Positions 16,645 through 24,726 of a DNA stretch of 32,000 nucleotides are shown here, one piece after another. A model generated the notes under the pieces. It saw only the letters and a program-made list of their open reading frames with translations, made no database searches and had not been told where the DNA came from. This stretch comes from Archaeoglobus fulgidus DSM 4304. GTDB taxonomy: Archaea > Halobacteriota > Archaeoglobi > Archaeoglobales > Archaeoglobaceae. Positions within the stretch are counted from its first letter, which is position 1, and each line of letters starts with the position of its first letter. The translations under genes were made by a program, and so were the position numbers. The DNA lies in assembly GCF_000008665.1 (NCBI RefSeq), contig NC_000917.1, positions 720,001 through 752,000 on the forward strand. Direction: 5' to 3'.

Positions 16645-18030
16645 TTAGCCCCAGACCTTGTTTCCTGAGGCATCCGTGTAGTAGTACTCCTGTCCCCAGA
16701 ACTTCGGATATATTTCGATGTAGCCCGTAACCTGCCCATCCCAGATTACAAGGGCGCTTCCGGGGGTGTTAAGAGCTCCTCTCGTGTCCCATGGAGCTAT
16801 TCTGAGCAGTTTCGTGTAGATGTAGCTCGGAATACCCATGTAGCCATCCATGGGCCAGACCTTGTTCTCCATGGCATCCATTATCGCATCCGGATCGAGA
16901 GAGTCCGCTTCGTCCATTGCTTTAGCCAGGACCATCATTGCCTGGTACTCGAGTGCATGCTCCCAGGTAACCGGGTAATCCCCCAGCCTTTCCTTAATTC
17001 TGCTGACAGTAACCTTGTAACCTTCAATCAGCGGGTCCTGAGTCAGAACTTTGTTTCTGTAATCGCTTGTTACCTCCGGAAGCTGAACGAGGGCTTCTGG
17101 TGCTGAAGTTCCTGCGGTCTTCTCAAGCAGCGAAAGGTCGCCTTTCGTGACAGTTTTTGTGGAGAAATCGTACTCTATTCCAAGGAAGTACATTATTTCC
17201 TCAATCTTGGCCTGCTCAGCCACCAGAAAACCACCTTCGTAGCCCATTTCTCTTGCAGTTTTTATTAGGTTGGCAATCGGTTCGGACGGGCCAACCACAA
17301 GGATGACCTCTGGATTTGCTGCAAGTACCTTCTGGAGGTGCGTTGTGAAATCCGTTTCAGTGTAATAGTTTACTGGAGCCTCTGCGACTATTTCTCCACC
17401 CTTAGACTTCCAGTATTCCTTGAATTTCTCGCCCCAAAGCACTCCGTACTCATGCGTACCTTCCATCGTTGCTGCCCTCTTTATCCCCTTATCGAGGAAG
17501 ACGTTTGAGAGGAATGGAACGTAAACTAGCTCGAAGTTAGGCGGAATCTGGAAAATGTGCTTATTTCCACCTTGGAGAATTGCCGGGCTTGAAGTGTAAG
17601 CACCAATTATGAATCCTCTCTCCTCGTTAATTTTTTCCATTGCAAGAATTCCTCCACTGTGGGGGCAGAAAATAACCGGCGTTTTGTAGACTTCAAGCAT
17701 CTTCTCAGCGTTTGGAACCGTTAAGGCGGGACTGTACTTATCGTCCGCCGAAACAACCTCAAGTCTGTATTTCTTTCCTGCAATTTCTATACCACCTGCT
17801 TTATTTATGTCTTCAACTGCAAACTGAATTCCCTGCAGGTTATTTTGCCCGTATAAAGCCGCGCCACCGCTCAGAGGACCGCTGAAGCCGATGTATACTG
17901 TTCCGGCAAACTCCCCAGTAGGAGCCTCAGCTGGAGTCGTTGTGGCTGCTGGCTGCTCCTGCTGCTGACATCCTGCCATCAAAAGGGCCACCGCTACCAG
18001 AACTATGAGTACGAAACCCCTCACTTTCAT
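16645..18030 (-). CDS. LIV-type (type I) periplasmic substrate-binding protein, lipoprotein-like
   Basis: Signal peptide with lipobox-like LLMAGC, followed by a Thr/Pro-rich linker. A LivJ/K-family fold is inferred from GFSGPLSG..A.YG and overall pattern. GGTGA SD before the ATG. Confidence 0.88.
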   Translation of the reverse strand: MKVRGFVLIVLVAVALLMAGCQQQEQPAATTTPAEAPTGEFAGTVYIGFSGPLSGGAALYGQNNLQGIQFAVEDINKAGGIEIAGKKYRLEVVSADDKYSPALTVPNAEKMLEVYKTPVIFCPHSGGILAMEKINEERGFIIGAYTSSPAILQGGNKHIFQIPPNFELVYVPFLSNVFLDKGIKRAATMEGTHEYGVLWGEKFKEYWKSKGGEIVAEAPVNYYTETDFTTHLQKVLAANPEVILVVGPSEPIANLIKTAREMGYEGGFLVAEQAKIEEIMYFLGIEYDFSTKTVTKGDLSLLEKTAGTSAPEALVQLPEVTSDYRNKVLTQDPLIEGYKVTVSRIKERLGDYPVTWEHALEYQAMMVLAKAMDEADSLDPDAIMDAMENKVWPMDGYMGIPSYIYTKLLRIAPWDTRGALNTPGSALVIWDGQVTGYIEIYPKFWGQEYYYTDASGNKVWG

Positions 18031-18173
18031 TTTTTCACCATTTGTGATTTTACATTATTACATATAAGCTTTTCCTTTTTTGCGTAGTTTTATAATTCTT
18101 TATTTCACAATTTATTCAACAATTCACGATTCTCTTCAAACTATACTAATTATAAATTCACGACTAGAGAGAG

Positions 18174-18540
18174 GTGAATTACAAACTCTGGCAGCATGGA
18201 GTTGATCTCGAAGTTAGAAAGCAATACGTGAACGAAGTTAAGGGAATCCTGCTTCGGTTAAAGAACTCTCTGGAAAAGCCAGATTTAGAGAGTAACGAGG
18301 TTCTTTAAAAGGCACATGAAGAGCATTCTTTTGTTTGCTTACAAAAAGCTTGAAGGAATGACAATCCCATGGCACAACAACTGGTGGGGTGAGATAGCGA
18401 AGAGGGTGAAGAAGTGGACGTGTTGGAGCGAAGGAGGGGCAAAGAACCTGCTTAATTTGCTGCTTAAAAGGTACGCTGAGAGGAAGAAGTATGAGTCGTT
18501 TATTGGTGAGATGGTTGGGAAGGGTTATATGGTGGAGTGA
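18174..18540 (+). pseudogene. Frameshifted small ORF pair, possibly the C-terminal remnant of a transposase-like gene
   Basis: A 44-codon frame (VNYKLWQHGVDLEVRKQYVNEVKGILLRLKNSLEKPDLESNEVL*) ends at 18308. A 74-codon frame in the +1 phase is open from 18289, so one indel would join them. The second part, IAKRVKKWTCWSEGGAKNLLNLLLKRY, resembles the R-x-K-x(3,4)-W-S-x(2)-G-A C-terminal motif seen in several IS transposase families. That resemblance is from memory and untested. Confidence 0.3.
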
Positions 18541-18580
18541 AATTCCAAGTATGATGAAACAGGGCAATTTTTTAAATCAG

Positions 18581-19132
18581 CTAGTCCTCTGCAACTTCGA
18601 CTAAAAGATCAGACAATTTTGTTCTTACCATCTCACTTCCATCGTAAAATTCAACAATCTCCTCTGATTTCCTAAACCTAGCAATCATGTCAGAAACGTC
18701 ATCCCCGAGCACCTTCAGTGCGAAGATTGCGTAGGCGATAAAGCTCGCGTCCCCTATCTCCTCAACCTTCTCTCTCAGCTTCTCCACCGGATTGGGGTAT
18801 GCATCCCTCACAATTTCAGCAGCCCTCCCGATCCCGTAGGCAACGTACTTCCTCTCCACCTCCCAGTCGTCGAGGAGCGAGACGTATTTGTTCTTAAAGC
18901 CCTCAAAAACCTCAGGATTGTTTCTGCCTATCTCCGCTATGCCGAGAGGCGCTCCGATGCAGTAAGCCCCGCTCTCATCGCTGAGGTGCCAGAAAAGCCT
19001 CAGGATGAAGTTCCTCGCCCCCTCTCCCTTAACCTTCCTGCCGAGAACTTCAGCAGCCTTGAACCTCAAAAGCTCGTCTGGGTGGTATAAAAAAGTTATA
19101 AGCTTTGAGGGCTTGAGCTCTTCGAGATTCAT
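18581..19132 (-). CDS. Uncharacterised all-alpha (HEAT/ARM-like) protein, last gene of the oxidative-stress operon
   Basis: A 183-aa ORF with host-like codon use. Its ATG overlaps the FeR stop (ATGA). Helical repeat-like segments are present (LRFKAAEVLGR..., YVAYGIGRAAEIV...). No catalytic motif recognised. Confidence 0.7.
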   Translation of the reverse strand: MNLEELKPSKLITFLYHPDELLRFKAAEVLGRKVKGEGARNFILRLFWHLSDESGAYCIGAPLGIAEIGRNNPEVFEGFKNKYVSLLDDWEVERKYVAYGIGRAAEIVRDAYPNPVEKLREKVEEIGDASFIAYAIFALKVLGDDVSDMIARFRKSEEIVEFYDGSEMVRTKLSDLLVEVAED

Positions 19133-19638
19133 TTGCTCTCGAAGTAAACCGTTGCCGTTCTCGGCGTCTTACCCTTCTTCATGAGATGGTAGTCAGCGTA
19201 GGTAAGCACCTCTGCATCCTTCAATACCTCAGCATCAACAGCCTCCCCAACGAACAGCGTGTGGGTGCCGACGTCGCACTCCTTAACAACCTTTGCCTCT
19301 ATCACCGCCACAGCGTGCTGGGTTACGAGAGGCACTCCAGTCTTGCCCGTTTTGTACTCAACCCCATCAAACTTCTCAAACTCGCTGCTCTTCCTGAACC
19401 CAAATCTTCCTATGAACTCCATCGGTGTTTCGAGCTCAAGAACGCTGACACCAAAAGCCCCGCTCTCCTTTACGGCATTGTGGGTGTCGTTCTCCTTGTT
19501 CAGGCAAACGGCAATCTGCACGGGCTTGCTAGTGAGCTGAAAGACCGTGTTGGCTATCTGCCCGCATTTCCTGCCGTTGCTTTCAGAGGTGACAATGTAG
19601 AGTCCGTAACTGATTTTGTAAAAGGCCTCAACATCCAT
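19129..19638 (-). CDS. NAD(P)H:flavin oxidoreductase / ferric reductase (flavin reductase-like split-barrel)
   Basis: The 169-aa sequence (MDVEAFYKISYGLYIVTS...) matches my recollection of the A. fulgidus ferric reductase FeR. It has flavin-reductase-domain features and a GGTGG SD. Confidence 0.9.
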   Translation of the reverse strand: MDVEAFYKISYGLYIVTSESNGRKCGQIANTVFQLTSKPVQIAVCLNKENDTHNAVKESGAFGVSVLELETPMEFIGRFGFRKSSEFEKFDGVEYKTGKTGVPLVTQHAVAVIEAKVVKECDVGTHTLFVGEAVDAEVLKDAEVLTYADYHLMKKGKTPRTATVYFESK

Positions 19639-19653
19639 AAAACCACCAAAAAA

Positions 19654-20226
19654 TTAAAGGGAAAGCAAGTCTTCGGCTACGTAGTAAGCTTTGGGATGCC
19701 CGCAGCTCGGGCACTCCTCGGGCGGTTCAGTGCCGTAGTGGATGTATCCGCACTCAAGGCAGACCCACGCAATTTCCTTATCCCTCTTGAAGAAGGTTCC
19801 GTTCTCCACCTCAGCCAGCAGCCTGCGGTATCTCCTTTCATGGTGCTCCTCAGCCTTTCCTATGGCCCTTAATCTGTCTGCAATATCCTTAAAACCTTCC
19901 TTCTCCGCTTCATCGGCAAACTGCGGGTACATCTCAGAGTTCTCGTAGTGCTCCCCCTCTATGGCAGCCTTCAGGTTCTCAACTGTCGTGCCCCATACGA
20001 GCGGTGCCTCTGCCTCAACCTTGATTGCTGCATTATCTCCTCTGAGCTGCTGAATGAATTTCAGGAGGTTCTCTGCATGCTCCTTCTCGTTCTCAGCAGT
20101 CTCCAGAAAAACTCTCTGGATGAAAACGTAGCCCTCATCCTTCGCAACTTTGGCGTAGAAGGTGTAGCGGTTCCTCGCCATGCTCTCTCCAATGAAGGCC
20201 TTAACAAGATTTTCAAGCGTTCCCAT
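19654..20226 (-). CDS. rbr: Rubrerythrin
   Basis: It has a diiron four-helix bundle with ExxH motifs (ENEKEHAE, KAEEHHE). The C-terminal rubredoxin-like domain reads CLECG...CPSCG. Start set at the ATG preceded by TAGGAGGTGAAAGT. The track's 42-codon N-terminal extension overlaps the upstream rbr. Confidence 0.9.
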   Translation of the reverse strand: MGTLENLVKAFIGESMARNRYTFYAKVAKDEGYVFIQRVFLETAENEKEHAENLLKFIQQLRGDNAAIKVEAEAPLVWGTTVENLKAAIEGEHYENSEMYPQFADEAEKEGFKDIADRLRAIGKAEEHHERRYRRLLAEVENGTFFKRDKEIAWVCLECGYIHYGTEPPEECPSCGHPKAYYVAEDLLSL

Positions 20227-20237
20227 ACTTTCACCTC

Positions 20238-20804
20238 CTAATAAGCCAGAATGTCCTTCGAGACGAAGTGGTAGTACATCGCCCCGCAGTTGGGGCAGAC
20301 CTTTGGCGGCTCCTTCCCTTTTTCGGTGTAGCCGCAAACGAGGCACATCCACTCAACCTCTTCGTCCCTCTTAAACATCTGGTCATTCTCAATCAGCTCC
20401 AAGAGCTTGGCAAACTTTCTCTGATGTGAGAATTCAACTTTGGTTAGAGCCCTAAACCTCTCTGCAACCTCTTTAAAACCCTCTTTTTCTGCAACCTCTG
20501 CGGTTGATGGGTAGAACTCCTCGGCCTCCCACTTCTCACCCTCAACCGCATACCTGAGGTTCTCAGCGGTGGTTCCAAACTTTATCGGAGCCTTCACCTC
20601 AACCTCAGACGGCTCGATATCGAGCTTCTTTATCAGGTTGGCGAAGATTTCAGCGTGCTTCTTCTCATTCTCAATTACCTCTCGGAAGTACTTCGCCACA
20701 TAGATGAACTTCTCGGCCTCAGCAATGCTTGAGTAAATCTGGTACCTGCTTATGGCCAGGCTCTCTCCGATGTAGCCCTTCAGGAGGTTCTTGGGCGTCT
20801 CCAT
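20238..20804 (-). CDS. rbr: Rubrerythrin, tandem paralogue
   Basis: Same architecture as its neighbour: ENEKKHAE, a second diiron half, and C-terminal CLVCG...CPNCG. Confidence 0.9.
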   Translation of the reverse strand: METPKNLLKGYIGESLAISRYQIYSSIAEAEKFIYVAKYFREVIENEKKHAEIFANLIKKLDIEPSEVEVKAPIKFGTTAENLRYAVEGEKWEAEEFYPSTAEVAEKEGFKEVAERFRALTKVEFSHQRKFAKLLELIENDQMFKRDEEVEWMCLVCGYTEKGKEPPKVCPNCGAMYYHFVSKDILAY

Positions 20805-20808
20805 GCTT

Positions 20809-21186
20809 TCACCCGCTCTGCCAGAGGCCGTGGATGTTGCAGTAAGCTCTGGCAGAGACCCTGTCTGACATCACCGTGAACTCCGCCTTTGGCTCGTCCC
20901 CCGGCTTCAGCTGCTTTCTGTGCACGCAGCCGTCATCAATTACCTCAATCCACTCGATGTAGTGCTGCTCCTCCATTGGATGGGCAACGCTTCCAACCTT
21001 CACGTAAACCTTGTTGCCCTCCCTCTCAATGACGGGGACGTGCTTCTCCTTGCCCTCATCGGTCGTCTTTACCTCCATCAGCTTCATCGGCTGCCCGCAG
21101 CAAACTAGCTGTCCCCTTCCGGCATGCACCACTTCCACAATATTTCCACAAACCATGCACTTATACACCTGCATAACTTCCGTCAC
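20809..21186 (-). CDS. dfx: Desulfoferrodoxin (2Fe superoxide reductase)
   Basis: The N-terminal desulforedoxin centre is CMVCG...VCCG. The centre II ligands are KHVP, two His in the HPMEEQH segment (the two ligand His lie 6 residues apart), and C..H (YCNIHG). GTG start 4 nt after GGAGGTGG. Confidence 0.9.
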   Translation of the reverse strand: MTEVMQVYKCMVCGNIVEVVHAGRGQLVCCGQPMKLMEVKTTDEGKEKHVPVIEREGNKVYVKVGSVAHPMEEQHYIEWIEVIDDGCVHRKQLKPGDEPKAEFTVMSDRVSARAYCNIHGLWQSG

Positions 21187-21198
21187 AAAACCACCTCC

Positions 21199-21720
21199 TT
21201 ACTTCTCCTCCTCAGCTGGAGGAGTAAACTGCCTGAGAGAAAGCTCCTTATCAAGGAAAAGCAAAGCCCTTTTGTCCTCTCCAATCAACCTCAGCTTCTC
21301 CACAATGTCGAGGGCAGAGGCTTCCTCCTCAACCTGCTCCGCAACATACCACTGCAGGAAGTTGTAGGTTGCAAAGTCCTTTTCCTGCATTGCCATCTCA
21401 ACAAGCTCGTGAATTCTCTTCGTAACATTTACCTCATGCTCGTAAACGTGCTCAAAGGCTGCCAAAGGCGAATCCCACTCAGATGGTGGCTCCTCAACAG
21501 CGTAGAGCTTAACTCTCCCTCCCCTCTCACTGACAAAGTCAAACATCTTCATCGCATGCATCAGCTCCTCCTGCCACTGCACCCTCATCCAGTTTGAGAA
21601 GCCCTTAAGCCCGATGGAGTCGAAGTAAGAGGCCATGGAGAGGTAGAGGTATGCTGAGTAGATTTCAGCGTTTATCTGCCTGTTCAAAGCCTCAACCATT
21701 TTTTCAGAAATGGATGCCAT
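21199..21720 (-). CDS. ftn: Ferritin
   Basis: A 173-aa ferritin-like four-helix bundle with ferroxidase residues (EIYSAYLY, QEELMHAMK). It matches my recollection of the A. fulgidus ferritin. GAGGTGGTGAG SD. Confidence 0.95.
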   Translation of the reverse strand: MASISEKMVEALNRQINAEIYSAYLYLSMASYFDSIGLKGFSNWMRVQWQEELMHAMKMFDFVSERGGRVKLYAVEEPPSEWDSPLAAFEHVYEHEVNVTKRIHELVEMAMQEKDFATYNFLQWYVAEQVEEEASALDIVEKLRLIGEDKRALLFLDKELSLRQFTPPAEEEK

Positions 21721-21810
21721 CTCACCACCTCATTCATTCATATTATTCGAGGTAACTTAAACCTTACTCGGTTTTTCCGTTGTAGGGAAAGAATGCTCTC
21801 GTAAATATAA

Positions 21811-21838
21811 GTTTTTTGTTCGAAAATAGAACTAAAAC
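21811..21838. promoter_or_regulatory. Imperfect inverted repeat GTTTTTTGTTC-N7-GAACTAAAAC in the ftn / membrane-protein intergenic region
   Basis: Read directly from sequence. It lies immediately after a TATA-like AAATATAAG (21803-21811). Function unknown. Confidence 0.3.
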
Positions 21839-21933
21839 CTCTCAAGTGATAGAAAAGGTCAGAGCCCCACATCACGGCTTTTCTATTCTTTTGATAAACC
21901 AGAATTGCCAAACAATACGAAGAATGCTTCAGC

Positions 21934-22290
21934 ATGGAAAAAATTAAAAAGTTTTTAATACAACTACTGAATATGAGGGCCCGCAACACCGTTGACATCA
22001 TCGCAAGTATTGTAGGAGCCGTTATTATAGCTGCGGCTATCTCAGCCCTTCTTTTTTCCATTGCGTCATTTCTTGGGTTTTACAGTAAAGACCTCAGTCC
22101 TCTTGTTTACTCAATCGTTTCCTTGGCGGTTATTCCTGTCTTAAGACGAAACGTGCCCAAAAAACCAATATTAAGCTTGCTGACAGCCTTCTCCATCCCA
22201 ATTCTCTTTCTGAGCGGGGTAGAGTGGTTGAAACTTGTGGCTTCGGTTTTGCTTGGTTATCTGGCGGCAAGCAGCCTTAAAGATTCGTGA
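21934..22290 (+). CDS. Small integral membrane protein (about 3 TM), hypothetical
   Basis: A 118-aa ORF with an ATG start and hydrophobic segments (IIASIVGAVIIAAAISALLFSIASFLGF; LVYSIVSLAVIPVL; ILSLLTAFSIPILFL). No family recognised. Confidence 0.55.
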   Translation: MEKIKKFLIQLLNMRARNTVDIIASIVGAVIIAAAISALLFSIASFLGFYSKDLSPLVYSIVSLAVIPVLRRNVPKKPILSLLTAFSIPILFLSGVEWLKLVASVLLGYLAASSLKDS

Positions 22291-22353
22291 TGTTCAACGA
22301 CCGCTTTTACTTGAGACGCTAACACTTTTATAAAACCGCAATCCAGAAGTGGT

Positions 22354-23388
22354 GTGCAGATTGTTGAGGAGAACCTGAGGGATAACGAGGGTGAGATAAA
22401 GCTAATCCCCGAAACGCTCGACGACCTCTGGCATCTCCGCTTCATAATCGAGAAGGGAGATGTGGTTTTCGCAACTACGAAAAGGGCGAGCCAGAGCAGC
22501 GACAAGCTGAGGAGCGATAAGGAGATGGTCACGGTGAGGCTCGGCATCGAGGTGGAGAAGGTGGAGTTTCACAGGTTCGCCAACCGTCTCAGGGTTTCTG
22601 GGAAGATAGTTGCCGGGATTGAGGAGTCCGGATACCACACTCTGAATATCACTGTGGGCAAGGAGCTGAGCATAATTAAAAAGTGGAAGCCAGAGCAGCT
22701 TGAAAGACTGAGGAGGGCCGTTGAGGATTCCAACCGCCCCGAAATCGTGATGCTGACCATTGAGGAAGGTTACGCTGTTGCAGGAGTTCTGAGGCAGTGG
22801 GGTGTTGAGGAGATTTTTGAGGAGAGGATGGGCTACGGAAAGGGTATGGGGGATAGCAGAAAAGAGTTCTTCGGAGAGGTTGCGGCAAAGCTTGAGAGCT
22901 TCGATTTTAAATACCTCATCGTTGCTGGACCGGGATTCGCCAAAAACGATTTTCTCGACTTTTTGAAGGAGAGGTATCCTGAGATGGCTAAGAATGCCGT
23001 TGTGGTGGACGTTTCCTCCGTCGGCTCAAGGGGCTTCATTGAAATTTTGAAGAGAAGGGTCGTTGACAAAATAGTTGGGGAAGTTAGACTTGCTGAGGAG
23101 GCGGAGTATATAGACAGGCTGCTTGAAGGGATAGCGAAGGGAGAGAGAGTCGCTTACGGTCTGGATGAGGTCAGGGAGGCGCACAATTACAGGGCGATTG
23201 AGGTTTTGCTCGTTGCGGATGAGTTTCTGCTTGAGGAGAGGGAGAAGTGGGATGTTGACGGACTGCTCAGGGAAGTTGAGGAGTCGGGCGGAAAGGTGGT
23301 GATAATGAGCACCGAATTCGAGCCGGGTAAGAGGCTGATGAGCCTCGGTGGAATAGCTGCCCTCCTGAGATTCAACGTAAAAGGTTAA
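22354..23388 (+). CDS. pelA: mRNA surveillance protein Pelota (Dom34 homologue)
   Basis: The N-terminus (EGEIKLIPETLDDLWHLRFII.KGD) and the eRF1-like middle and C-terminal domains are typical of archaeal Pelota. GTG start. Confidence 0.9.
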   Translation: MQIVEENLRDNEGEIKLIPETLDDLWHLRFIIEKGDVVFATTKRASQSSDKLRSDKEMVTVRLGIEVEKVEFHRFANRLRVSGKIVAGIEESGYHTLNITVGKELSIIKKWKPEQLERLRRAVEDSNRPEIVMLTIEEGYAVAGVLRQWGVEEIFEERMGYGKGMGDSRKEFFGEVAAKLESFDFKYLIVAGPGFAKNDFLDFLKERYPEMAKNAVVVDVSSVGSRGFIEILKRRVVDKIVGEVRLAEEAEYIDRLLEGIAKGERVAYGLDEVREAHNYRAIEVLLVADEFLLEEREKWDVDGLLREVEESGGKVVIMSTEFEPGKRLMSLGGIAALLRFNVKG

Positions 23389-23415
23389 ATAGAGAAGTTT
23401 GGGGAGAAAGAAGAT

Positions 23416-24726
23416 ATGCGAATCGTGATTGCTGGGGCGGGCGAGGTTGGATACCATCTGGCCATGTCACTCGCCCCAAACCACGATGTAATCATCATAG
23501 AAAAGGATGTTTCGAGATTTGAAAGAGTTTCGGAGCTTGATGTAGTGGCAATTAACGGTAATGCAGCCAATATGAAAGTACTAAGGGATGCGGGAGTCGA
23601 GAGGGCAGACGTTTTTCTGGCTGTGACTGGCAACGACGAGGTTAACCTCCTCTCGGGCCTTGCAGCCAAAAAGGTTGGGGCAAAAAATGTTATCGTGAGG
23701 GTTGAGAATCCGGAGTACGTTGACAGGCCGATTGTGAAGGAGCATCCGCTGGGGTATGACGTGCTTATCTGCCCTCAACTCTCTCTCGCGCAGGAGGCGG
23801 CGAGGCTCATAGGAATTCCGGGAGCGATTGAGGTAGTGACCTTCAGCGGTGGAAAGGTGGAAATGATCGAACTCCAGGTGATGGAGGGGTCGAAGGCCGA
23901 CGGCAAAGCCATTGCTGATCTCTACCTCCCGCAGAACGTGGTGATAGCCTCGATCTACCGGAACGGACACATAGAAATCCCTCGCGGAGATACGGTTTTG
24001 AGAGCTGGTGACAGGGTAGCGATCGTTAGCAAAACAGAGGACGTGGAGATGCTGAAGGGTATCTTCGGACCTCCAGTAACGAGGAGGGTGACAATCTTCG
24101 GCGCTGGTACGATTGGAAGCTACACAGCCAAAATCCTTGCTAAAGGTATGACCAGCGTCAAGCTGATTGAGTCGAGCATGGAGAGGTGCGAAGCTCTCAG
24201 CGGCGAGCTTGAGGGCGTGAGAATCGTGTGCGGAGATGCCACAGACATCGAATTTCTCATTGAAGAGGAAATAGGAAAGTCGGATGCGGTGTTAGCAGCA
24301 ACGGAGAGCGACGAGAAGAATCTCCTCATATCCCTGCTGTCGAAAAATCTGGGGGCTAGGATAGCGATAGCCAAGGTTGAGAAGAGGGAGTACGTGAAGC
24401 TTTTTGAAGCCGTTGGCGTTGATGTAGCCTTGAACCCCAGAAGCGTCACCTACAACGAGGTCTCCAAGCTCCTCAGGACGATGCGCATAGAGACTTTGGC
24501 AGAGATAGAGGGGACGGCGGTTGTGGAGGTTGTTGTGAGAAATACAAGACTCGTTGGAAAAGCTCTGAAGGATCTGCCCCTCCCAAAGGACGCCATAATC
24601 GGCGCTATAGTCAGGGGGAACGAGTGCCTGATTCCGAGGGGGGACACCACAATAGAGTACGAGGACAGGCTGCTTGTATTCGCGAAATGGGATGAGATCG
24701 AGAAGATAGAGGAGATATTCAGATGA
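23416..24726 (+). CDS. trkA: Trk K+ uptake system, NAD-binding subunit (two tandem RCK units)
   Basis: There are two Rossmann motifs (IAGAGEVG and IFGAGTIG), each followed by an RCK_C-like segment. Confidence 0.9.
   Translation: MRIVIAGAGEVGYHLAMSLAPNHDVIIIEKDVSRFERVSELDVVAINGNAANMKVLRDAGVERADVFLAVTGNDEVNLLSGLAAKKVGAKNVIVRVENPEYVDRPIVKEHPLGYDVLICPQLSLAQEAARLIGIPGAIEVVTFSGGKVEMIELQVMEGSKADGKAIADLYLPQNVVIASIYRNGHIEIPRGDTVLRAGDRVAIVSKTEDVEMLKGIFGPPVTRRVTIFGAGTIGSYTAKILAKGMTSVKLIESSMERCEALSGELEGVRIVCGDATDIEFLIEEEIGKSDAVLAATESDEKNLLISLLSKNLGARIAIAKVEKREYVKLFEAVGVDVALNPRSVTYNEVSKLLRTMRIETLAEIEGTAVVEVVVRNTRLVGKALKDLPLPKDAIIGAIVRGNECLIPRGDTTIEYEDRLLVFAKWDEIEKIEEIFR

Noticed and set aside
18238-18567. 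109-aa minus-strand ORF in the AT-rich gap
   Set aside because: The translation is Pro/Leu-rich with no motif. It is antisense to the more protein-like plus-strand frames.
18551-18580. ATGATGA resembling a C box of a C/D-box sRNA
   Set aside because: No D box (CTGA), C' or D' elements occur at appropriate spacing on either strand, and the segment runs straight into the next gene.
20227-20352. 42-codon N-terminal extension of the downstream rubrerythrin ORF
   Set aside because: It overlaps the 3' end of the upstream rubrerythrin in another frame. The internal ATG at 20226 has a near-perfect AGGAGGTGA SD and gives the canonical rubrerythrin N-terminus.
21738-22061. 107-aa minus-strand ORF across the ftn upstream region
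   Set aside because: It spans AT-rich promoter DNA and overlaps the start of the more plausible plus-strand membrane protein. It has no SD or motif.
22257-24650. Multiple minus-strand ORFs inside the pelota and trkA genes
   Set aside because: They are shadow frames of clearly assignable genes.
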